A stretch of 64,000 nucleotides of DNA from an uncultured Armatimonadetes bacterium (lineage in GTDB: Bacteria; Armatimonadota; Hebobacteria; Hebobacterales; Hebobacteraceae), in contig OY970296.1 of NCBI GenBank assembly GCA_963716175.1, positions 2,624,001-2,688,000 of the forward strand, in the 5' to 3' direction. Shown here piece after piece: positions 1-10,301 of this stretch (within the stretch, counting starts at the first letter, position 1; each line of letters begins with the position of its first letter). Position numbers and translations under genes: made by a program. The notes beneath the pieces are model-generated. The model had not been told where the DNA came from, ran no database searches, and saw only the letters and a list, made by a program, of their open reading frames with translations.

Positions 1-324
1 CTGATCTCGGTCTTTGCGCTCGGCGAAGTGCGGGCCCCCGGCAGGCAGCAACTGCCGCCTGACGCTACCGCGCTTGATCTCCTGAACGCGGTCGGCGGGG
101 TGACCGCGGCCGCCAACCTCGGCGGCGCCACCCTCCTGCGCCAGGACTCGGGAAAACCTACTCCCATCGCCCTTGACCTGGGCCGGCTGTTGCGCCAGGC
201 CAATCCCAAGCAGAATGTGCCCTTGCAGGAGGGCGATGTGCTCTTCGTTCCCGCCAGAGGGGAAAGAGGCCAGACGGTGTGGAGCTTCCTGCCTCTGCTG
301 CCCTATCTGGTGCGATGGCCGTAG
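1..324 (+). CDS. Polysaccharide export protein, SLBB domain (Wza-like), 5' truncated by window edge
   Basis: Frame is open from base 1 (LISVFALGEVRAPG...LDLLNAVGG...NVPLQEGDVLFVP), a typical SLBB repeat. It lies upstream of a Wzc-like gene. Confidence 0.8.
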   Translation: MISVFALGEVRAPGRQQLPPDATALDLLNAVGGVTAAANLGGATLLRQDSGKPTPIALDLGRLLRQANPKQNVPLQEGDVLFVPARGERGQTVWSFLPLLPYLVRWP

Positions 325-441
325 GGCGGGCGCGCCCGTGCCCGCATGTGGGGTTTGGGCCTGCTCGCGTCGGCGAGCAGAGACTACTGCGCGGGCCCGT
401 CCGCGGCGGGCGGGCCTCCCCGCAGCAACGAGGTGAGTGAG

Positions 442-1452
442 ATGGTCAGGTCTTCCCGTCTGATGGCAGTGTTGTGCGCGCTCAGCCTGCTCCTGGGGGC
501 CCTCCCGCTGACGGCGAGCGCGGGGTCCGCCCCCCAAGGGATGACCCTGGCGGACCAGGGATGGCGGGTAATCCAGCAGCAGGGCAAGAAGCAGATCGAG
601 GTGCGCGTCCTGGTCACCAATCAGACCAAGGCGCCCCTCCGCTACCAGGTCCGGTTCTTCATGGAGGTCCGGGAGCCGTCGAAGGCGGCGGCAGAGGCTG
701 CCAAGGATGCGATCTGGTCTACTTTGAAGACAGTGACGGTCGAGGGTGGCCCGCTGGCGCCCGGCGCTTCCCAGGCGGTCACCGGCCTGTTCCCCTATGA
801 GCTGCTCCAGAAGGGCCGGGCCTTCCGCTTCCGAGCGGAGCTGGTGGAGTCCGACTCCGGCGCAGTGCTCGGCGCCGCCGCCATCACCGCCAAGGCTGGT
901 GCTCTGCTCAGCGGCGCGGGCGCGGTGGCCGCGGCGGCAGTAGCCGGCGTGGGCCTCTCCCGCCTGGCGGCAACCGGCCACGAGACGCCCAGCACTCCGG
1001 CCCCGAGCGGGTCGGGCACGATGAGCGGCCAGCATGAGTCGCAGCGGGTGAACGGCCAGTGGGTCGAGCACGGGTCCGGCACCATAGATGTCACCGGGCC
1101 CAGCGGCCGTCTGGTGTTGGAGTACAGCTACGACGCGCAGGGGGCCAGCGCCTCCGATGTCACTGCCTCCGCCACTGCCAGCGGGCAGTTGATCCCGGCC
1201 GCGGGCGAGCCCCAGGCTGTCAATATCACCTCGGCCTCGGCGCAGATCTCCCGGCCGGGGCTGCGGCAGCAGAGCGGCCAGACCGTGACCAGAGTCGGCG
1301 GCTACGCTACCGGCACCTTCTCGGGCACGGTGGGGGGAACCTCCTGGACGGGGGTGTTGACCCTGTCGGACGGCGACATGACCCTGGACCTGAGCACTGG
1401 TCAGGGCACGCACGAATTCCAGGTCCAGTTCACCGCCAGCCAGTCGGGGTAG
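442..1452 (+). CDS. Secreted or membrane hypothetical protein
   Basis: ATG at 442 after GAGGTGA. It has a signal-peptide-like N-terminus, a beta-rich domain, an Ala-rich hydrophobic linker and a Ser/Thr/Gly-rich beta C-terminal domain. Confidence 0.65.
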   Translation: MVRSSRLMAVLCALSLLLGALPLTASAGSAPQGMTLADQGWRVIQQQGKKQIEVRVLVTNQTKAPLRYQVRFFMEVREPSKAAAEAAKDAIWSTLKTVTVEGGPLAPGASQAVTGLFPYELLQKGRAFRFRAELVESDSGAVLGAAAITAKAGALLSGAGAVAAAAVAGVGLSRLAATGHETPSTPAPSGSGTMSGQHESQRVNGQWVEHGSGTIDVTGPSGRLVLEYSYDAQGASASDVTASATASGQLIPAAGEPQAVNITSASAQISRPGLRQQSGQTVTRVGGYATGTFSGTVGGTSWTGVLTLSDGDMTLDLSTGQGTHEFQVQFTASQSG

Positions 1453-1512
1453 GTCAGGGTCGCCGGGGGTGGCAGGACCTCCTGATCCTGCCCAACATGG
1501 GGGTTAGCCAGC

Positions 1513-3754
1513 ATGTCCGAGATGAACGATGGCAGTCGGTTGCCGGCGCGGCTGGACTCATCCGAGTCGGCGTTGGTGGGGCCGGGCGGCCACGCCCTCG
1601 CCACCTTCGAGCCCGCGCCCTCGCCCATGCGCGAGTACGCCTACGTGTTCCTCCGCCGCAAGTGGATCGTGCTCTCCTGCCTGGCCGCCGTGTTCGGGCT
1701 CACGTGCCTGATCACCGCCACCAGCCCTCGCATCTACGAGGCCACCGCCTCCCTCCTGGTCAGCCAATCAACCGATAGCAAAGCGGTGTCGGCAGGCGAG
1801 ATGCCACCCATGATGGCCGCTATCGCCGCCCCGAACATCGAGACTCACGTCTCCCTCTTGCAGGGCGATCAGACCGCCCGCGAGACTGCGCAGTGGCTGA
1901 AGGAGCATGGCGGTCCGGCCTTCAGCCCAGAGAATGGTGAAGGCGGCGGTGCGCGCCAAAGCTGTGCCTCTGACTCAGTTAGTGCGAGTGAGCGGGCGCG
2001 CTCGTTCGCCGCGAGAGGCGCAGCAGATCGCCAACGCCGCCGCTCAGGCCTATGTCAGCATGAATCGCCGCCGCGCCCAGAGCTCATCCGAGAGCGCCAG
2101 CCAGTACCTGGCCGAGCAGCTGGTGGTGGCGAGGACCAACCTGACCGAGGCCGAGCGCGCCCTGCGGGCCTTCAAGGAGAAGACGGGCAGCGTCGCCCCG
2201 GATGGGGCCGCCTCGGACTTGCTGGCCCGGGTGGCCCTGCTCCGCGGGGACGCTGACAAGACCAAGGCCGACCTCGCCCAGACCCGGCAGAGGGGGAAGA
2301 AGGTGCAGTCCCAGCTCGCTCTGCAGAACCGCAGCATCGCGGTGGGCCGCATCAGGGACAACGGGGTGGTGCAGCAGCTCAGCGCCAAGCTGGTAGCGCT
2401 GCAGGGCGAGCGGCTGGCGGTCCAGGCGCGCTACACCTCCGCATTCCCCGGGCCCGTGAATCAGATTGACCAGCAGATCCGCATCACCGAGAACCAGCTC
2501 GCGTCACAGATCCGCAGCATTGTGGGCCAGGCCGGTGGTGACCTTGGGGTGCAGCAGATGCTGGCGGGCCAGCTCATCCAGGGCGAATCGGAGGTGGCCG
2601 CCCTCTCCGCCCGGTATCAGCAGCTCACCGCCGAGATGAGCCAGGCGCAGCGGCAGCTGCAGCAGGTCCCAGCCCGGCAGATTACCCTGGCCGGGCTGCA
2701 GCGACAGGTGGAGGTTGCCCAGAGTATCTACTCCGACCTGCTCAAGCGAAGCCAGGAGATCGAGGTGGGGCGGGTGATGGCTCTGGGCAACACCGATATC
2801 GCCGAGGCCGCCACCGAGCCCCACGCGCCGGTCAAGCCCAATGCTCCTCTGGATCTCGCCTTCGGGCTCTTGCTGGGCCTCGCCGCCGGGGTCGGGCTGG
2901 CCCTGTTGCGAGAGCAGCTCGACGACACGGTGCGGGATCTGGACGAGGTGGCTCGGCTGGTCGAGGCTCCGGTGCTGGGCATGGTGCCAGTGTTCGAGAG
3001 GAGAGACGGCGCGCCCACCCTGCGGGTGACCGGCTCCCCGGGCCGTGCGCTCGAGGCCTACCGCGCGCTGCGCTACAGCCTGGGCTTCGTGGTGCCAGGC
3101 ACTGGGTCGCGGGTGGTGTTGGTGACCAGCGCCGGCCCGCTGGAGGGGAAGAGCACCACCTCCATCAACCTGGCCATCGCCGCCTCCCTCAGCGGGCGGC
3201 GCGTGGTCCTGGTTGACGGGGACTTGCGCCGCCCCTCTCTCCAGCGCACGCTCCGGCTGGAGGGTCTGAGGGGTCTGACTGATGTGCTGGCGGGAGAGGC
3301 CAAGCTGGAGGACAGCATCCAGAGGCTTCCCAACGCCGATCTCCAGGTGATCACCGCGGGGACTCGCGCTCCCAACCCGACGGAGCTGCTGGATTCGGCG
3401 GCAATGCAGCGCACCATGCAGCAGCTGCGCCAGCAAGCAGATCTGATCGTCCTGGACAGCCCGCCGCTGCTGTCTGTGGCCGACAGCCTGGTGCTGGCCG
3501 GCTTCACCGACGCGGTACTCATGGTATGTGTGCCTGGGTCCTCCCATCGCCGCGCTCTGCGTCGGGCGCGGCTGCTGCTGGCGCAGACCGGGCGGTCCAT
3601 CTCCGGGGTGGTGCTCAACAAGGTAGAGTCCAAGCCCGGCTATGGCGACTACTACGGCGGCTACTACTCCTACTACCACTACTACGACGACCGCGAGCCC
3701 GAGCCCGAGGCCGCGGCGAGTGGCGGGCGCAGGCACGCCCGCCATAAAGAATAG
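1513..3754 (+). pseudogene. Polysaccharide co-polymerase / BY-tyrosine kinase (Wzc/GumC-like), frameshifted near 1932 as assembled
   Basis: The Wzz-type N-terminus (LRRKWIV, PRIYEATASLLV) is in ORF 1513. Coiled coil, PVKP, Walker A GPLEGKST, DxDLRRP, DSPP and the Tyr cluster YGDYYGGYYSYYHYY are in ORF 1907. Removing one A in CCAGAGAATGGTG joins the frames. Confidence 0.85.
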
Positions 3755-3882
3755 AAGCTGTTTCATAACCTTCCCAGAGGAGGTTATGAAACAGCACTGC
3801 ACAACGTCAGGCCGTGGCCGGCGCATTTCATGCGAGGGCGTGGTGCGGCCAGCCAGCAGGTAGGTTATGAAATGCGCTCTAG
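3752..3882. mobile_element. 131 bp MITE-like element, copy 1
   Basis: Near-identical inverted copy at 62597-62727. Imperfect terminal inverted repeats TAGAAGCTGTTTCATAACCT / TAGAGCGCATTTCATAACCT, with TA(G) at both ends. Confidence 0.8.
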
Positions 3883-3986
3883 GCATCAGGGGGCGGGTTA
3901 GCAGGCTGGGAGCCTGTGCTGCCGGCAGACTGATCGGCAGGCAGGCGCATGCCCGACTTACAGGCGGGGATAGTTTGGGGTGAGGG

Positions 3987-5483
3987 ATGGTCGGACGGCG
4001 GTCTGTGCTGCTGCTGGTGATGGCTGACGCCTGCTGGATAGGGTCCACGCTGCTCGCGGCCTGGGCGCTGGACGGCTGGCGCCGCTCGCTACCCATGTGG
4101 CAGATGAACCCGGCTCATCTCACTCACCTGACCGGGGCGGTGGCGATCTGGCTGCTTGCGCTCTACATCTGCGGCGCCTATGAGCGCAAGTACCTGACGC
4201 TGAAGGGCCGAAACCTGAGCCTCACCCTATGCGGCAGCGCGGTGGGGACCGCCGCCACCGCGGGCAGCCTGTATCTGCTCCCTCAGTGGCACATGAGCCG
4301 GTTCGCTTTTCTCCTGCTGGGGATGGGAGCGGTGTCGGGTCTGGTTGCCATCCGCGCTATCTGGCTCGTTCACCAGCGGCGCATTCCCCTCCCCGCCTTT
4401 CTCGGGGTGGGCGACCCGGAGGTGCTGGGGGATATCTGGCTCGAGCTAACGCGTGTCACCGCGGTTCAGGGGCAGCTTCCAGTGGTCTCGCCAAACGGCC
4501 ACAGCCCCTCGGCTGCGCTCGGGGCAGGCCCGGCCCGCACGCATCCAGGTGTCTCCCTCTGTTCCGAAGAGGCCGCCCTCGCCGCGCTCGCGGCGCACCG
4601 CGGCGGGATGGTCGTGCTCAGCGATGGCACCATCCCCTCCTCGCAGGCCGCCTCCATCCTCAACCGAGCCAGCCTCTCCGGCAGCACCGTGGCAGACATT
4701 TCCACCTTCTATGAGATCTACACCGGCCGCGCGCCCATCTTCCGCACCGCCGGCGGCTGGCTCTTCCGCGCTCAGCACCATGCGCCGGACACCCTGGCCT
4801 ACTACAGCAAGCGGCTCTTCGACGTGACCGTGACTCTGCTCTTGCTGCCAGTCGCGGTCCCGGTGCTGGCGCTGGCCGCGCTGGCAATCAAGCTCACATC
4901 TCCAGGACCTGTGTTCTACCGACAGCGCCGGATCGGGAGCCGAGGGCGTGAGTTCTCCCTGGTCAAGCTGCGCTCCATGTCCGTGGACGCGGAGAGGAAC
5001 ACCGGGCCGGTGTGGGCGGGGGAGGAGGATAGCCGCATCACCCCGGTGGGCCGGGTGCTGCGCGCCACCGGCATTGATGAGCTGGCTCAGCTTTGGAATG
5101 TGCTGCGAGGTGAGATCAGCCTGGTGGGCCCCCGCCCGGAGCGACCGGAGGTGGTGCGCGGCATAGTGCAAGAGGTGGCCCCCTACCTTCAGCGCCACGT
5201 GGTGCCGGCCGGGATCACGGGGTGGGCGCAGGTTCATCGGGGGGGAGACAGCAGCCTGGAGGATGTGGTGGACAAGGTCCGGCTCGATCTCTACTACGCC
5301 CGCAACTTCTCGCTCTGGTTCGACATCGTGATCCTGCTGCGCACATTCCAGATGCTGCTGGCGCATGCCAAGCCAGCCCCTACCGCCACGGTTGGGCAGG
5401 AGCGGGCGCTCCTGCCACGGTCGGGCGCTTCCCCGCTCCCGGCCTCAGTCGGCCTTGGTTCGGGAGGCAGGTCCGATGGCTGA
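3987..5483 (+). CDS. Priming undecaprenyl-phosphate glycosylphosphotransferase (WcaJ/WbaP-like)
   Basis: N-terminal TM helices, then KRLFD, GPVFYRQRRIG, KLRSM, DELAQLWNVLRGEISLVGPRPERP, GITGWAQV and DLYY. Confidence 0.92.
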   Translation: MVGRRSVLLLVMADACWIGSTLLAAWALDGWRRSLPMWQMNPAHLTHLTGAVAIWLLALYICGAYERKYLTLKGRNLSLTLCGSAVGTAATAGSLYLLPQWHMSRFAFLLLGMGAVSGLVAIRAIWLVHQRRIPLPAFLGVGDPEVLGDIWLELTRVTAVQGQLPVVSPNGHSPSAALGAGPARTHPGVSLCSEEAALAALAAHRGGMVVLSDGTIPSSQAASILNRASLSGSTVADISTFYEIYTGRAPIFRTAGGWLFRAQHHAPDTLAYYSKRLFDVTVTLLLLPVAVPVLALAALAIKLTSPGPVFYRQRRIGSRGREFSLVKLRSMSVDAERNTGPVWAGEEDSRITPVGRVLRATGIDELAQLWNVLRGEISLVGPRPERPEVVRGIVQEVAPYLQRHVVPAGITGWAQVHRGGDSSLEDVVDKVRLDLYYARNFSLWFDIVILLRTFQMLLAHAKPAPTATVGQERALLPRSGASPLPASVGLGSGGRSDG

Positions 5484-6936
5484 AGCCCTGAAGGCGGGCC
5501 GAGGCCACGCCGCGGCCACGGCCATGCCCAGCCGGGAGGCGCGCCCCTATCCGAGTGCCAGCCTGTTCGCTGCCTGCGGGGTGCTGGCGCTCGCAGCCGG
5601 GGCGGGGCTGCTCGCCGAGACCGCCGACCCCCTTCCCTTCGGCCTCCAGCACCTCAGCGGGCCGACGCTTGCCATCTCTCTTTCCGCCCCGCTCATCTGC
5701 CTGATCTGGCCCGAGCTGGCGCTGCCAGTGATCATCATCGGCGCCGAGCTACTCGACCGTGAGTTCGGTGGGGGCCGAGTGCGACATCTGGTTTTCATGA
5801 AGCTGGCCCTGCTCATCTTCGCGGCGGTGGGAGTGCTGCTCAAGACCTGGGGGCAAGGGGGAAGGATGCCGCGCGTCAAGACTCCAGCTGACTTCCCCGC
5901 GGTGCTGCTGGCCGGGTACACTGCGCTTTCCGCTGCCTACGCCTACCTGGTGGTGGGCCGGGACCTGGATCTGGTGGCCGTTGCCGGCTACCATCTCTCC
6001 CAGTTGGCGCTTTACCACTTCCTCGTGACCACCACCCTGGGGCGGGAGCAGGCGTTCCGGCGGGCCGGGCTGATCGTGGCCGGCCGCGCCTTGCTCATGG
6101 TGGTGCCGAGCATTCTCGGCGGGGGCCGGCATGGTGGCACGGGCACCACCTGGCTGATCGTGCTGCTCTGCTACGCCTTGCTGCAGAGGACCAACTGGGG
6201 GGTTCTCGCCTGGGTCGCGTTGCCCCTGGCTATGCTCGACACTGTGACCTGCGGGTTCCGCACCCTGTGGGTCACCGTTGGTGGGCAGCTGGCCTGGCTG
6301 GCCCTGGCTGGGATCTGGCTGCGGCTGCACAGGCTGGCCGCAGTCGCGGTCTTCGTCCTGGTGGCAGGGGTGGGCGGCGTCTTCCTCGCCCTGGGTCACC
6401 CCGGCCTCCTGGCCGGCGTTCCCTCCGCGGTGACCCTGGACCGCTATCAAGGCGGAATGCTGCTCGGCGGCTACCGGGTGCCGGAGGCGGTGATCGGGAT
6501 CGAGTCTGCTCTCGAGCACCCGCTTCTTGGCCAGGGCATGGGCTACCAGACGCAGCTTCGCTGGGTGCAGACCATGGGCAATATGGCGGTCGGCCCCATC
6601 CATCATATCTACTACGTGAGCTACCTCTCCAACGAAGGCCTGGTGGGGCTGGCGCTTGTCCTGTGGTACTTCGGCGCCGTGCTCTTCTCCCGCCCCGCGA
6701 GGCAGTTGCGAAGACTGGCGGCTGTGGAACCGTGGGCGGCAGTCGCCCTCGGGCTGCAGGCTGCGTTCTTCGGGGCGATCCTGGGAGCCTTTCTGTCCGG
6801 CCCCCCGGATGGGCATTGGACCTGGGGGATGTTCGGCGCCGCCTCTCTCCTGCCCGCCACCTGGATTGCCTCGCGGCCGGCTGGTGGCGGCACCCGGCGG
6901 GAGTGGGCACGCCCGCCCTACCGCAGGGCGGTGTGA
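5476..6936 (+). CDS. Putative Wzy polymerase / O-antigen ligase-like membrane protein
   Basis: About 12 hydrophobic segments, a HPLLGQGMG loop and an H-x-x-Y...GLVGL Wzy_C-like motif. It sits between the priming transferase and the flippase. Confidence 0.7.
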   Translation: MAEALKAGRGHAAATAMPSREARPYPSASLFAACGVLALAAGAGLLAETADPLPFGLQHLSGPTLAISLSAPLICLIWPELALPVIIIGAELLDREFGGGRVRHLVFMKLALLIFAAVGVLLKTWGQGGRMPRVKTPADFPAVLLAGYTALSAAYAYLVVGRDLDLVAVAGYHLSQLALYHFLVTTTLGREQAFRRAGLIVAGRALLMVVPSILGGGRHGGTGTTWLIVLLCYALLQRTNWGVLAWVALPLAMLDTVTCGFRTLWVTVGGQLAWLALAGIWLRLHRLAAVAVFVLVAGVGGVFLALGHPGLLAGVPSAVTLDRYQGGMLLGGYRVPEAVIGIESALEHPLLGQGMGYQTQLRWVQTMGNMAVGPIHHIYYVSYLSNEGLVGLALVLWYFGAVLFSRPARQLRRLAAVEPWAAVALGLQAAFFGAILGAFLSGPPDGHWTWGMFGAASLLPATWIASRPAGGGTRREWARPPYRRAV

Positions 6937-6941
6937 AGGCT

Positions 6942-8306
6942 ATGGGCAGAGACGCCGCAGCAGACAGCCTGGCTGGAGACACGGCGAGTGTGGTCGCCTC
7001 TCAGGCGGTGGTGATGGTTGCCGGCCTAGCCGGCTCGATCATCACCGCCCGCGTGCTGGGGCCTTCGGGGAGAGGAGTGCTCTCGCTGGTGACCTTGTGG
7101 GTGCTGCTGCTCGCCATCGCGGCCCCCTTGAGCTGTGGCTACGGGCTCATCTATCACCTGCGGAACTCCAGCACTGACTTCCCGCAAGCCCTCTCCACCG
7201 CGCTCGGGCTCTCCCTTGGGTTCGGGGCGATGGCGGTCGGCGTGTCGCTGCTGGGCGGGCATCTGCTCCGCCACAGCCTGCTGCGAGGCGTGCCCTTCAG
7301 CTATCTACTCCTGGTCTCCCTCGCCCTGCCGGCTGCCATCTTCGTGGGAGTATCGGGGTTGGCGTTGATCGGCGCCGGGCGCGTGAAGCAGGTCTCGACC
7401 CTCACCGCGGTCAACTCGGGGTTGGGGTTGGGGCTGCTCTGCCTGTTCCTGTTCGCGCTGCGCCTGGGCCTGCTGGGCGCCGTCATTGCCTCCGCCATCA
7501 CCTCCGTGCTGGGCGCGGCGATTGCCATCGCCTGGCTCTGGCCGCACTTGCGCTGGCGCCGCCTGATGAGGGCCGGGCACTGGTCCTCGGTGGTCTGCTT
7601 TGGCCTCAAGACCCACGGCGGCGCAGTGGCGCAATTGGCGAACTACTCCCTCGACCGCTTCCTGATCAACCTCTATCTGGGGCCGACCGCGGTCGGCATC
7701 TACAGCATCGCCGGCCTGCTGGCCGAGCGCTTATGGGTGCTGCCGGGAGCGGTGCAGACGGCGCTCTATCCCCGCACCGGGGGCGAGGCCCGAGATGACG
7801 GCGAGCTCACGGCGGCTGCCTGCCGCAAGGCCCTCTGGCTGATGGCCGGCGCTTGTCTCGCCGTCGCAGCCGCGGGACCCTGGCTCATCAGCGCTCTCTT
7901 CGGCCCCGATTTCTCCGGCGCCGCCAGACCCCTGCTGATCCTCCTGCCGGGGGTGCTGTTCCTCAGCGCGGGCAAAGTCATGGTGCCCTATATCCAGAAT
8001 CGCGGCCGGCCGCTGATGGTCACCTATGTTCCCCTGGGATCGCTGGTCCTCACCCTCAGTTTCAACCTTCTGCTCATTCCCAGATGGGGCATCTCGGGCT
8101 CAGCGGCCGCCTCCACCCTCGCCTATGCCGCCTATGGGATTGCTCTCACCGCTGTGTTCGTCCGGCTCTCCAAGCGGAGAGTGGTTGACCTTATCAGATT
8201 CCCCTTCTCCGACCTGATGGCAGCCAGGCGGCTGCGCCTTCGCCTACAGGCCCGTCGTCGGGCGCCCACCTCCCAGGCCGAACCCGCACCAATCAGGGGG
8301 AAGTAG
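6942..8306 (+). CDS. Wzx-type oligosaccharide flippase
   Basis: ARVLGPSGRG, DRFLINLYLGPTAVGIYSIA, LFGPDF and LLIPRWGISGSAAAS are MATE/PST family motifs. Confidence 0.88.
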   Translation: MGRDAAADSLAGDTASVVASQAVVMVAGLAGSIITARVLGPSGRGVLSLVTLWVLLLAIAAPLSCGYGLIYHLRNSSTDFPQALSTALGLSLGFGAMAVGVSLLGGHLLRHSLLRGVPFSYLLLVSLALPAAIFVGVSGLALIGAGRVKQVSTLTAVNSGLGLGLLCLFLFALRLGLLGAVIASAITSVLGAAIAIAWLWPHLRWRRLMRAGHWSSVVCFGLKTHGGAVAQLANYSLDRFLINLYLGPTAVGIYSIAGLLAERLWVLPGAVQTALYPRTGGEARDDGELTAAACRKALWLMAGACLAVAAAGPWLISALFGPDFSGAARPLLILLPGVLFLSAGKVMVPYIQNRGRPLMVTYVPLGSLVLTLSFNLLLIPRWGISGSAAASTLAYAAYGIALTAVFVRLSKRRVVDLIRFPFSDLMAARRLRLRLQARRRAPTSQAEPAPIRGK

Positions 8307-8307
8307 C

Positions 8308-9276
8308 ATGCCTCGCGTATCTGTGGTCATCCCCACCTACGACCGAGCGGACCGGGTCCAGGAGGCCGTTGACAGCGTGTTGGCACAGACCTATCGCGAC
8401 TTCGAGATCGTCGTGGTGGACGACGGGTCCACCGATGAGACCGGGCGCGCGCTGGCGCGGTACGGCGATCGCATCCGCTACCTCTGGCAGCACAACCGGG
8501 GTGCGGGCGCGGCGAGGAACGCGGGCATCGCGGCGAGCGGCGGGGAGCTGATCGCGTTCCTGGATTCCGATGATCTCTATCTGCCGCAGCGTCTGGAGGT
8601 AGCGGTGGCCGTGCTGGACGCCCACCCGAGCTTCGGGGCCAATTACGTAGATGCTCGCATCCTGGATGCCTCTGGCCGGCTGTGGGTGCGCAGTCACCTG
8701 GAGCGATGCGGCAGCGCCCCTTCCGGCTGGATCTTCGATGCCCTCCTGCGCCGGCAGCTTCTCACCTGCAACACCGTGACCGTCAGGCGGGAAGCGATGG
8801 CTCGCTCGGGCTGCTTCGGTGAGGAGTGCTTCAGCGGCGAAGACACTCGCTTCTTCTGGCGCCTTGCCCGCGTCTGCCAGATCATCGCGCTGCCGCAGGT
8901 GTTGGTGGTGGGGCGGGAGACGCGGGGCAGCCGCTCTGACTTCCGCCAGGGGCGGGAGCGTCACACCGAGCTGCTGGCAGAGTGGGCGCGGGGAGAGGAG
9001 GGGTTTCTCAGGACCTGGGATGACCTTTCCGGCCGGCAGAAGACGCGGCTGGCGCGGCGCATCTGGGGCCTCCATCACCAGCGCGCGGGGCTGCTGTCGA
9101 AGCTGGGCCGGGAGGGGGAGGCGCACGCCGCCGCTCGCCAGGCAAACGCCATGGCCCGAGAGTTTGGCCTATTCCTCCCCGGCGCGAGGGCGATGCTGAG
9201 CAAGCTCGTCCCTCTGGTGCACAGGCTCCCTCTGTTCTCCTGGCGTCCGCCAGGCGCAAAGGCGGCCACGCCATGA
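8308..9276 (+). CDS. Glycosyltransferase family 2
   Basis: VSVVIPTYD, VVDDGSTD, ARNAGI, FLDSDD. Confidence 0.92.
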   Translation: MPRVSVVIPTYDRADRVQEAVDSVLAQTYRDFEIVVVDDGSTDETGRALARYGDRIRYLWQHNRGAGAARNAGIAASGGELIAFLDSDDLYLPQRLEVAVAVLDAHPSFGANYVDARILDASGRLWVRSHLERCGSAPSGWIFDALLRRQLLTCNTVTVRREAMARSGCFGEECFSGEDTRFFWRLARVCQIIALPQVLVVGRETRGSRSDFRQGRERHTELLAEWARGEEGFLRTWDDLSGRQKTRLARRIWGLHHQRAGLLSKLGREGEAHAAARQANAMAREFGLFLPGARAMLSKLVPLVHRLPLFSWRPPGAKAATP

Positions 9277-10301
9277 GGACAGGTCTGGTCCAGGACACCG
9301 TCTCGGTGGTTATCCCTGCCTACAACTGCGCCGATCTCGTCGGCGGCGCGATCCGGAGCGCGCTGGAGCAAACTCACCCTCCTCTGGAGGTGATTGTGGT
9401 TGACGATGGCTCGACGGATGGGACCTGGGAAGTCGTCAGGCAGTACGGCGCTCCGGTGCGCGCGCTGAGACGAGGGCACGCCGGGGTGGCCGCTGCTCGC
9501 AACGCTGGTGTCGCGGCTACTCAGGGCCGCTGGATCGCGTTCCTGGATGCCGATGATCTCTGGCACCCCAACAAGACGGAGCGCCAGCTCGCAGTCCTGC
9601 AGCGCGCAACGAGTGCCGCCTTCTGCCTTGCCGGCTACCAGTACTTCCTCCCGATAGTAGGAGGCGAGCCCCATGTGGTGAGCCGCGGATTGCCCGTGAT
9701 CGAGGACGATGATAGCGGCGCGCTAAGACATCTGCTCACCACCGGGTTCTTCAACATATCCAGCCTGTTGGTGCGTTGGGACGCGCTCGCAGCGCCTCAG
9801 TGGTTCACCTATCCGCGCCCGTGCGAGGACTTCGAGTTCTCGCTCCGCCTCTCTTGCGCACATGCTGGAGTGGCCGTGCCGGAGGTGCTGGTGTCCAACC
9901 TCTATCACCGCGGCCACCTCGAGTACGACATGGTCCGGGGTCATCAGCTCCGCGCGCAGTCCCTCGCCACCTGCCTCGGCTCGCGAGCGTGGCCCGATCG
10001 GGAGCGCAAGCTCTTCCGATGGGCGTTGGCGCGCGAGCGCTATGCTCTTGGCTGCGAGTTGATCAAGCGCGGATACCGCTGGCAGGCGCTGGCACCCCTA
10101 CTGCGTGCCCTGGCTTGCCCGCGACTGAGCCTGAAGGCCAGCTTGCGGCTAGCGAGCTGCGCCTTGCCGACCAAGCTGGCCGCCAGACTGTGGCCCTACC
10201 AGTATCGCCTGGAGAGGGACTATCAACGGGCGGCCGCGGCTGCGAAACGGGTCGCGCGGCGCGGCCGCGCCTCCATGGCCATGCCGGGGCGGAGTGCCTG
10301 A
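9273..10301 (+). CDS. Glycosyltransferase family 2
   Basis: VSVVIPAYN, VDDGSTD, FLDADD, ED motif. ATGA overlap with the upstream gene. Confidence 0.92.
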   Translation: MRTGLVQDTVSVVIPAYNCADLVGGAIRSALEQTHPPLEVIVVDDGSTDGTWEVVRQYGAPVRALRRGHAGVAAARNAGVAATQGRWIAFLDADDLWHPNKTERQLAVLQRATSAAFCLAGYQYFLPIVGGEPHVVSRGLPVIEDDDSGALRHLLTTGFFNISSLLVRWDALAAPQWFTYPRPCEDFEFSLRLSCAHAGVAVPEVLVSNLYHRGHLEYDMVRGHQLRAQSLATCLGSRAWPDRERKLFRWALARERYALGCELIKRGYRWQALAPLLRALACPRLSLKASLRLASCALPTKLAARLWPYQYRLERDYQRAAAAAKRVARRGRASMAMPGRSA

